61,013 nt of DNA from Hyphochytrium catenoides (Eukaryota > Protista > Hyphochytriomycota), in NCBI GenBank assembly GCA_900088475.1, contig FLMG01000982.1, forward strand, positions 1 through 61,013, in the 5' to 3' direction. The translations under genes and the position numbers were made by a program. Below, piece by piece: positions 24,841 to 35,900 of the stretch. Each line of letters begins with the position of its first letter. Positions within the stretch are counted from its first letter, which is position 1. A model generated the notes under the pieces. That model made no database searches. It was not told the origin of the DNA and saw nothing but the letters and a program-made list of their open reading frames with translations.

Positions 24841-25777
24841 GATTGGCCAAGGCTCGAGTATCATCAACTCCGATTAATTAGCAGAGGATCAGATAAGATT
24901 GAGGGGATTGCAAGCGGTAACAAGCGGCAGGAGAGGTGAGAGAACCGACAGGCCGAACCAAAGTGTAGAGACAGACAGAGTGGTGAGAGACAGCACCTAG
25001 TGTGGGAAAGTATGGAAGAGTAGGAGGAAAGATAAGCCACACAAAGTTAGTGAGAGAGCCAGAGTAAACAAGACATTGAGCGAGAAAGAATACGAAAGAG
25101 ATAGCAAGTAAGGTATTGGCATTGAGGAAATAGAATAGAGGTAGACCGAAGACGGCTAGACAGAGCGAGATCGAGAGAGAGAGGTCTTGCCAAACTTGGT
25201 ATTTGGCTGTCCGAGGTGAGGTGAGCGGCGAGAGGAAGAGAAAGTACAAAATACCGCACTTTAGTGACCACTAGAATGTACGCATTGCTCATAATCCTAC
25301 AGGTCTTGTATCAGTTAACGCACATGCCGTTGCCACCAAATGTGCGGAGTCAACTGGGCACATGGTGGAGATGTGTGATCTAGAGGTGAAAAAGGACTTC
25401 TGATCGTGCTGGAGTGCACCACTGATCATGATGATGAAAGATGAAGCAATTGTCAGCACTATGCTTTGCTGTACGCTCGATGGCCATCATCGGCAACCCA
25501 ACGCAGGATAACTGCCCCGGAACTAAGGAGATTATTCGGTTTGTCTACGGAGCTTATAATAATCAGTTTAATTGCTTGCGCCACGCATTGACTGCTTTCA
25601 GCATCAGGCCCAACATACTTCGGGGAGTACGCCATACAGTAAACACGGCAGCCCTCCGGGTTTGCTTCCGGATGAGGTCCGTTTGACGGGCTCCCCTATG
25701 CAGGCTCCCCAAGGCGACATAAATGGCCGACCAACAACTAGGAGCTGCCAAGGCTGCACGCTAGCAACCACTGAAAG

Positions 25778-27091
25778 CTATCGGTGCCGCACCTGGACTA
25801 TCTCTCTGATGTTTGAATGGCCATCTTCAATGTGCTCAACTACTTCAGCCTTTAAACGTCCATCAGCTTCTATTAGGTCCATGAAGTCCTGAACACTGCC
25901 CCCTGTTCCGAAGTAATACCTCTTGGCTCCGATCAGGGCAGTTCCATTTTCACTTAGGAGGTCTAGTATGGCCTACAGGTGGGGCTTTGATTGGTTGACT
26001 TTGAATCTAAGGGGAGGATGTCAGTCATACCGTGAACAGTCTTCGAGTCGTCTCCTCAGTGTACAGCGTATCAGCACTCAATATCAGGTCAAATCTGAAG
26101 GTCCTGATAGTCCCCAGGTCTGCGGCAAGCTTCTCAGGCAGTCCTTTCCAGTCTCCAAAGTAATAGAGTGCTTCCGAGGATTGGCCTATGGCGTTCAGCA
26201 GCACGTTGGGATGGGTTGCCAGTGCAAGGACCTCCTTATTATAGTCCGAGAATACTGTCCTGGCACCTATTGCACAAATGTTCAGTCAGATGTCTTTCTT
26301 GCAAGTACACATCGCCTCTTTAGACCCCCGTCTAATCAATCAAGGTTGTCTTCGTCGTGTACCAGGGTCCAGCACCTCTAATTATCCCACTACCATCCTC
26401 CACCGCCCTCTTTCCTTCTCTCGGTGTACCTTGCTGTAGAGCGAAGATGCCAGGTAAGCCATGTCCGCATCCTAACTGCAAGGCAAAACAGGGAAGATGG
26501 TGGGTAAGATGATGCTTTTTTGGTTAACGCTTAGGAAAAGACCCCATCTCACCTCGATAGTACAGTTAAATGGCAGAGTGCTCTTGTGGCGTTGAAGATA
26601 CCGCAGCAGGTCGATGGAACATTCCCAAACCTTCAATCCGCCCTCATAGACGCCGTTTAGTATGTCTGTACGTGCGATCACTTCTGCCAACTCTCCAACA
26701 TCTAGAGACGAGGAAACGACCGCTAAACATAAATGCCCAATGCTTATCGTATCGTACTTCGTTTACCTTCATCCATTGCGTCTCCATCTCCGGCCACTTG
26801 ACCCCCAACCTGAACTACCTTAAAGGTGAGCCCATCAACAAGTAGCTCCTCGGCTCTTAGCTCCTGGCTAGATTTCGGGATAGGCACATACCTCTCCGCC
26901 TGTTTGGCGGAGGTGGTGTCCACGACCTTGGAGCCACCAGTCTCTTTACTAGACAATGTCGTCTGGCTCTCTGCCTGATTTGAAAGTAAGTTTTATCCAT
27001 AGATAAATATCAGCTCTGAACACTAGTAACAAGGCTGAGTAGTAACGCTTACATCATCAGGCTCGTTGAAGTTGAACTTGAAGGCGTCCAT
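25778..27091 (-). CDS. METTL18: Histidine protein methyltransferase 1-like (METTL18/Hpm1 family, SAM-dependent); multi-exon
   Basis: MDAFKFNF start; DILNGVYEGGLKVWECSIDL; E|LGCGHGLPGI; FSDYNKEVL; FDLILSADTLY; GAKRYYFGTGGS; SNIREI. Confidence 0.88.
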
Positions 27092-27998
27092 GCGTGATGT
27101 GCTGGAGACGTCCCAATCGATGCTCAGCTCACACCGCTAATTAGAACATGATGGGCATCATGGCCTCCGCCGCGTCTCCTAGTCGTTGAGTCCTAAACGT
27201 CGGACTGTCTGTACCACCAGACAAAGCCTCGACCGAGTACTGCAGATAGGACTAGATGGGCCTTTCCAGAGCTCTTGTGGGTAAAGGTAGGAGAGTTATC
27301 TGCTTTTGGAGGCTCTTGCCAGCTCTCTTGTTTCTGTTTCTGTCTCTCCATCCCATCAGCCATCAGAACAGATCAGAATCCTCTAGTTCTCGTAGTTTAT
27401 AACGAGATGACAACCGCCATCCAGGAACGCCAGACACAAGAGAATCAATAAGAACGGGACGAGACATGATTATCGATTAAAGATAATCCTTCTTCATCCA
27501 GCTTATCGGTGAATCAATTGGGTAAATCTTTAGGAGGAAATTCCTCGAGGTGGGTAGGGCTACAACACTTACCTAATAAGTGAATGGGCAATCCGAGGGC
27601 GGATGGGCCCATTCTGTTTTAGATTCCCGCCAAATTGCTGCGCGGGAATGGTAATCGGTTATCGGCGCTCTCAGACCAGCGACAGCTGCAGAGCACGCAG
27701 CAGAAAAAAGCTCAGAAGTCTTGACTAAGCCTCATTACTCGAGGATTCTCGGTAGAATCTCCTGATAATAGGGCTATGTGCCAAACTCTGCCTCTGACTA
27801 ACTATCAACCAGTCACCTCATAAAGTCACGACCATCTGCGAGCCATCCGAGATACTTGGATGAGCTTCAAATTGTGCGTCGACAATAGGGTACACTACGG
27901 ATACCATGTGAGAACGGTCTAAGGTTTACGGCTTCGATGAGCGCCATTCAAGTCTAGTACGAAAAGAGAGGAGAGAGAACTATAGAATCGTGGACCTG

Positions 27999-30900
27999 AT
28001 GACGTCAACAGTAGCGCTAGAGCTCGAAGAGCCTGAGCGAGGTGGTCAAAGCTCTTCTGCTTTCCATGTGATACTTGCGTAGCTGACTGAATCTTTGTTC
28101 GTACCCAGCCATTCTGGAAAGCCTGCGTGGTAACAGCAATAGCAATAGCAATCCTCCTATCGACGAAAGGAAGCTCAAGCTACTTTACAGCAGGATGGTC
28201 AAGACTAACACGTCTCAGGACTCAGTCTCAGATATCCCGCAGGACGAGGTACCATTTCTTCTTTCACTTCTGGGATTTGCACTTCTATATAATGTATGAG
28301 GCCTAAGCATGGCGGGCACTTTATAGGGCTCCAGCCACTCACAAATTGGCTTCACGAAGACAGGGCCGCCGGATAACGTTAAAGATCCTGCGGCCACACC
28401 TCTCCCCTGCGCTAACTCTAATGATAAGGGACCATCAAGCACCGACGAGAACAAAGCTCCAGATTTCCCCTCCGGATATGGTAATGCGCAGCCTCCAGTG
28501 GTTACCGAACCTCACAAAGCCAAGACTTTACAGAGAAGCGCTTCTCCGATACCATCTGGACCGATGGGCCAGCCTCTCGAGACCTCGATAGATAATGCGG
28601 GCAACTCCACACCTAACGCAAGTAGGGACGGGACGGTGCCCTTCGGTACGCTAAGCAGTGCCTTCACTCCTCAGGCAACTGTCTCAAAACGGAAGGCCGG
28701 AAAGGCCATGACCGAGCGGAAGGTGAGTTTGTTGCAGCTGCATGGGCAGAGACAGAAATCGACGTAGAGCAGTGACTAGTAGAATTTGGCATCAGGCAGT
28801 CAAACTAATACATTGGACGGAACTGAGCTAACAGCTTCTAATGGGCAGTGCTTAACTAGAATGACAAAATTACTAACTCTTCCCTTCTAGATTGAGACTG
28901 AGTACACGGAGTTGGCAAGCACGATGGGAACAAGTCTCAATCTGGCCGGCAATAAGAGGCCGAGAGTATCCGGACAATCTACGGACCATACGGCTTGCGC
29001 CTTATCCAGGACGAACTCCTTAGTAGAGTCCTCCACGGAAGCTAGGGTTAAGAGCCAGTGCGACGCGGACCCTCTCACTACAGGCAAATCCCCCCATCGA
29101 GTGCAGCAGAAAGACCTTCGCGCTTTCTTTCAATCCACCCCACTGGAAGGCTTCGCGCGGCGGAACAGCCGTAGAGTCATTAGTCATCCGCCTGCAGTTG
29201 TTCTAACTGACGTTGATGGACAAGGCGTTAGTCAGCGTACGACCCCTAAACATGAAAATGGAAAGATTGAGGTGCCAGAGGCTACGAAAGCTGAATTGGA
29301 AGAGCTCCGAATAGAAAATAACCTACTCAAGCAACAGATTCAGGAGCTGATGGGCATTAAGGAGGTGAGATACTTCCACAAAGATTTTCATTCAAAATCT
29401 TGACAGCATGATTCTACTTCTACTGCAGGATCGAGACAGAAAAGCGAGAGAGTTGGAGGATACCAAGCTCTTCGCGGAGGCCATACGGACAGAGTTGCAG
29501 AAGCAGGAAGAAGAGAATCACAAGCTCCGGGTAGCCACTTGCTCCAACGACTCCACCTAACGATTGCTCCCCTCATCTTTTCTCCCTCAATTGAGATCTT
29601 TTTTAACCTTGATGTTTACATACGTGTGCTCACATACCTGTGCTTTCGTCGATGAGGTTCAGCCATGAGTAATCTGCAGTCCCCTGGTATTCTCAGCTTT
29701 ACCCACCACTAACGCTTTCCTCCAGTCGGAGTTTGAAGCCAAGCAAGCTCGTGCGGCTAAAACGTTAGAGACCATACTTCGACGCGACGCACAGCATACA
29801 GTCAGAGAGACAAGAACTGCTGTGGCCAGAGATGAAATAAGGGTGGGGAGGATAGTCACTCAGCGGTAGGCTATATCTCTTCTTTATACCTTCGTGACGC
29901 CCGGAGTTGTATCTCGTGCCAATTTGCTGCATATCCATCTTGAATATCCTTACTAAAATGAACATCAACCTGTCAGGGCTGGCCATACTCTGGTGGACGT
30001 CTGGGAGGATGGGAGCATGGTAAAGGAGTTAGCAAAAAAACAGGCGGAGCTTCTTCAGCGAAAAGATAATTTTGAACGGCGGAAGAAGCAGCTAGCGAAG
30101 GAAAAGAAGGCAGTTTCCGGAAGTTCTTCTGACGGTGATCCTAGCCTCGCCGCTGTGAGAGAAGAGCTTGACATAGTGAGTACTACCTAATAGCCTCAGT
30201 GTCCTTTGCGTCTTGCTAATTACAACTAGAGTGAGGAAGATTGGGGTGAAGTTTTCCTGACTTGTCTGCCTGTCCGAGACCTGCCTGCTGATTTATCTGA
30301 ATCTGCTTCACCATGGCCCTTGTAGTTGGAACAGGAGGAATCTCTCAAAAACCAACTCGCGGTGTTGAAAAGAGATGAGCAAGCGCTGGTCGAGGAAAAG
30401 GCTAAGATTGAGGTAAGTGTTCGAGTTCCTACCTAACTTGTAACCCGCTTTCTTCGTTTACTTCAGCCATCTGTTTTGACTGTGTTGAGCTTACCCTAAC
30501 TCTATGCGCCTGTCTGAACCCCTTCAACAGTTTGAAAAGCGACTCTTTGCAAGGGAACTCAAGAGGGTCAGAGATGAAGAACGTAAGATATCCCAAGTGT
30601 CTACCTTGTTCTACCTCATTCTAATCACTAATGATGGCACTTGCGCTTGGATAGGGTCTCGCTTCAATCAGAATCCTGTTCTTCACAATCGGTAAGTGAC
30701 GGTATATGCAAAGGTGTCATTGAGGACGCCTCTCAGGGCATGTGATGAGAGTGCTTACGCACAAAGGGCGTCAAATAAGCGGGATCCGCAGCCATTCTCA
30801 CCCATACTTTCGTCCTAGTTATTTATTGCTGGAGCTACTGGGAAAGGAGGCTTCAGCGAAGTGTGGAAGGCGTTCGATCTTCTGGAATACAAAGAGGTGG

Positions 30901-32691
30901 CTGCAAAGATTCACCAGCTGAACACTCAATGGCCGGAGGTAAAGAAGCAGAACTACATCAAGCATGCAACAAGAGAGTACACTATACACAAGGTAAGGTT
31001 GAAAGTGTCCTGCATGCAATTGGCAAAAGACATCGTGTACCTTGGAACTGCCCGTTCTTACCTTTTCTTCACCGCTGCTTGGTTGACTGCTTAGTCGCTG
31101 GTCCATCCACGCGTGGTCCGATTGTACGATGTATTTGAAATTGACGTAAACTCCTTTGCCACGATAATGGAGTTTTGCAATGGTACCGATCTGGATAAAT
31201 ATATCAAGGTAGTAGAACATATCTCCTCCTTTCTCCAGACTCTTTTTTGAGTTATCGAAGCTATGCCTTGGTGTCTGCAGTCATCTACCTGCGGCTTTTT
31301 GCTTGCTGAGTCTTTAGCGACCCATGTCTCGCCCATACAGCACCACTCAAGTAAAGCAAACTAACCAGACCTTGTTCCTTTCAGACACACCGCCTCTTGA
31401 GCGAACGGGAGGCAAAGTCCATCTTGCTTCAAATATTGAGTGGTCTGCTGTATCTCAATACCCCAGATGGGAAAAAGGTGAGCAGCAAAAGAAGCCCTCT
31501 TGACACCGCCGTACACATTACTCTAGTATTTCACATACTTATCCAAGCGGGATGCCGAGTTGTCTCTCATTTGGCTTACTTCTACCTGCTCCATGCCACG
31601 CGGCAGCAATGCATCATACATTATGACCTGAAGCCGGGGAATATTCTATTCGACGAAATGGGGGAGGTTAAGATCACAGACTTCGGGCTATCAAAGATAT
31701 TAGAGAGTGACGACGGCGATGCGACCAGCTTGGAGCTGACGTCGCAAGGCGCAGGAACCTATTGGTAAGCCATGGCCTCTCCCTTCGCATGTAATTTCAC
31801 CTTTCTCTAGGTCACAACTACCTCCTTTCTTGATGATTTTTCTTTCTCTGCCTCAAACGGTTTACGTTATGGGGTTACCTCTTTCACGGAGCAATGTACT
31901 ACTTTCGTTCCTCGCCCTAAGCCTTAATTTTCGTCGTTCTTTGGAAGAGATAATCCGACGTTCGTTCTTCCTCGCCAGGTATCTCCCTCCTGAGTGCTTT
32001 ATGGTGGGCAGCACACCTCCCCGCATATCGTCGAAGGTCAGTTTCAACGGATGGCGTGTAACTCTCTTTGTCTTGATTCTGTAGACTCTTTTCCATGGCA
32101 AGCTCTTCTTTCAGCAACGAGCGCCCGAAAACGGTCCTACTTTATAGTGTGATAACTGCAATGATTGCTAACTGAACCCTTGTGACAACGCACATCTGAC
32201 TCACCATGCACCGTTGCTTTGTAGGTGGATGTATGGTCAGTTGGAGTGATATTCTACCAAATGCTCTATGGTCGCCGTCCTTTTGGTGAAGGTCAAACAC
32301 AAGACAAGATACTGAAGGAGCAGACCATGCTCAGAGCTGTACAAGTGGAGTTTCCACCAAAGCCAGCTGTTTCGTCAGAAGCCAAGGTAAGGTTGCCGAG
32401 CCGGTTGAGGGATGCGGAGGTGGCAAGTCCTGGGGAATATGTCGTGGTGCAGAAGGTTTCCTCTTCCAAGACGGAGGTTGCTTTGGTTCATTGAGCAGTA
32501 CCACTTAGGCGTGGTGAACATGCCCGGTGTGCCCTCTGCCTGTTGCTCCATCCGTTCTTCCACTGCAGCTTTATTGACAGCTGTTTCCTTGTAAATAGGA
32601 CTTTATCCGTGCGTGCCTGACCCATAGACAGATTGACAGACCAGACGTGGTGGCAGCATGCAGCTTACCATATATCAAGAAGAAAAAGTGA
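27999..32691 (+). CDS. TLK: Tousled-like Ser/Thr kinase, multi-exon; the assembled sequence has a -1 frame break at 30840-30846
   Basis: [12 protein letters not shown]; DVWEDG; [10 protein letters not shown]; [22 protein letters not shown]; [17 protein letters not shown]; [13 protein letters not shown]; KITDFGLSK; [19 protein letters not shown]; [25 protein letters not shown]. Confidence 0.93.
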
Positions 32692-32967
32692 ACCTTTGTA
32701 GATGTAAATAGACGCGACCAAGGACACGCCGTCGTTGTATAATAAAAGCTTGCATTATAAACCAGTGAAGATGATGGAAGCTTTAGGTCAGGTCTGGGCA
32801 GCTCACCCGCGATATGGAAGCCTTTCCTGGATCCCTCTTATTTGTTAAGCTACCCTCCTCCCACCTTGGACCAACTGGGCCTAACCACTATGGACAAACC
32901 TACTATACAGCCAAATTCACCCTACCCCTAACCATACCTAGATCCTTACTCCACAGCTTGCTCGAGG

Positions 32968-35900
32968 CTAGTGTAGCAGAGCTCGCATCCTGATTTCAAC
33001 CAAATCTGCTTCTGCCCTGTAAAGGATGAGGCCGCAAGTAGAAACGTTGCTCTCCAAGAAGAGAAGCAGTTCTTCTTCCGGGCCTTCCTTCTCACTCACC
33101 ATAGAAGACCACTTATGCATCAACTCCGGTGAACAAAGCGAAAGGAGTAGGCGAAGTGATGGAGAGAGTGTTGACAGATCGATATCGCTTCCATCTGTTC
33201 CAGGTCTATCCAGAGAGAAAGGCTGAGCTAGCTCTTCCTTCCTCACCACGGATCTAACAAACAGAGCCGGGTCGTTGACAGAATGGAGTTGGACCTTTAG
33301 CTCATATATCTCCTTGTCTTCCCTTCCTTTGCCACCTCGCCTTCTGCCTGATGGCAAGAAAGGGAGTACGCGGACCTTTGCATTGACCAACACTGGTATG
33401 CTTTGGCGGATATGAAGCTTCTCACACAGAGGAGAGATGTGCCTGCATGCAAGCGCAGAATGGTTTTGAGAGACGAGTTGCTAAGCAGTGCCTAGGGTTA
33501 GGGTTAGGGTTAGGTGAACAAAAAGTTGATATCTAGGACCAGCTTGCTGGCTATTTAGAAAAGGCAATAACCTTAGGCAAAGGCTTTAGCTGAGCCGTGG
33601 ACTGAGTTCAACGAAAAGAGTCAAGCGCTAGGGTTGAATAGTTTTGGGCGTGCAAAGTAGAGTCTTACTTGACAGCGTAGATCGGATGCTCAATTGCCGA
33701 AGGACTGTAGAAGACCTGCCTAAACTCCTTCACACTAGATGGTAGCTGAAGCAGTGTCCGTTCTGCAGCACGAAGGCCTGCCATTGCGCAGCAGTGAACA
33801 TCACATCAGACTTCAGTTTATGACCACAAATAGAGTCGACAAGACAGTAAGACCAAGCTAAGCAGGAGGGGAAAGGACATAGGGTGTAAGAGGTATACAG
33901 AAGCAGAAAGAGCTGAGTGACCAGGACGGCAACTGCCAAGAGACAGCAAGAAATCTCAAACGACATTCAGAGAAAAAAGGGGCGATTCTAAGCCTAGGCT
34001 TGGCTCTTGACAAAGCCATGTAGACCTAAGGTTGAGTCTATATAAGGGCAGCAGATTGGTTTACCCCGGAGCCTGTGGCCACCTTCCATCTTCTCTATCA
34101 GAAGTCCCGGGAGACCCCTTTTCGTTTGCTCTCCCCACCACGCCAGACAGTCTGACACCTGAGGCAAGAGAGAAAACGCAGTTGGCCTTAATGAAAGTCA
34201 TAGAAGCCCGGATGCATAGCTCCCAGTGGTATGAAACAGACGAACGAAGGTAGGATGCGGTAGGTAGTTGTCCCTAAACAGCTCCTTGTGCGGCATCCTC
34301 TGCAGTCTTACCTCTTTAATCCCACCTAGCTTGGCAAGGGTGGGAGGGATGAGATAGCGAGAGAATCTTGAGGTTCTAAGCATCAATGTGGGCTGCTGCT
34401 GCTTATACTCGTCAAGATCAGGGTGCGATACCACAAGGCACGTGAGGCCAAGAAGATCACCGGGTTGAACTCTGATATAAGAAGAGAGATGAATGTAAGA
34501 GACAAAGGCAAGTGTTGTAACACCAGCTCTCTGATCCTTCCTGCCTTGATCCTCGGATGATACTGCCCCTCATCTACCCTTGGATCTGTTGTCTGGCTCT
34601 TTACTGCCTCTGTCTCTCTTCTCCATGCACTAACAAGCTCTTATGCTTTGGGGCTTAATTTTGAGCTTTGCCCGCACGGGTCCCTCTACCTTTCAAAAGC
34701 TTCAGGCTGTGAGTTGCTGTACGCCTTCACTACCAGGGACCAATCGGAGGTGTGGTCTGTCATACTGATCCAACGGAATTCGTAGAACTGGCCACGGAGG
34801 AAATCGCAATCAGCTCCGGGGCTGCATAGACGACAAACAGCCGGCCAAGTCGACATAGAGTATCAGCTATTGCGGAAGGTTAACTACAGGATTAGCAAGA
34901 ACTGGTGAATCGGCAATCAAGCAAGGTGTCAAGGATTGCAGGTTCGGCGGGATTGCAACGGTTCAACAATAAGGTAAAATCTCTAAGTGACAATCGAGAA
35001 AATGTCAAGGCCGTGAGACCAAGAGAAGGACGATAGCCCCTGACAACCCTCAGAATCCACTGTCTTACTGATATTTGCTTCTCACCTTTCCTCAATCTTA
35101 TGATATTCTCTTTCCACTCTGGAGACGAAGGTGACGACTCCAACTAGACTAGCCATGCTCATCTTCGGACCAGGGTCCTGTCGTAGCTTTGCTAGCGACT
35201 TGAACCTATAGTCCAGTAAGTTCACGACCCTTTCGGACTTGCTTATCTGAGGGAACGATGCTAGAAGGATGAGGAGAGTAAGCCCAAAGGGGCGGTGGTA
35301 GAAGGATGAGCAAAGTAGATATAAGTGGGCTCTTAGACTTGAGGACAGAGTGAACACAGAAAGGTCAGTGGTCCCTCACCTTTTTTAGCAAGATGTAGTG
35401 AAGACAATTGCTCTTCTCTCTCCTCGCCCGTTGGCATGAAGTGCTCGTCAGGTATATACTCCATTGGGTTTTCTATCAACAAGATTGAATTAGACTAGAC
35501 ACGAGCCCAGCAAAAGGCAAGCTCAGCCTTTGTCGTGAGAAGTAGAAAAAAGGCTCATGGCTATATCGACAGAAGGATCACCATTCACTCTCCAAGGACA
35601 GACTTAGATACCCGTGAAGCTCACCTTCCACTCTGTATATGGTTCCTACCGGGTTCGAAGGGTTGACAGAAAGCTCGATGTTGCCAAGGTAGGTGAAGGA
35701 GAGAGGGTTAAGGAGGAACGAACGATCAAAATGAAGCAGTCTCGCCATGAAGAAGCAATTATCGAGAGACAAGGAGACCTAACGCACTCAGCAGACCTGG
35801 ACGGGTATCCGTCTGTTGAACGGCCAGGGAACTAGACCTCCCAAAGGGGAAAGATACAGAGATTAAAGGATTGAGAAGGATATCTTTTAACCACATATCC

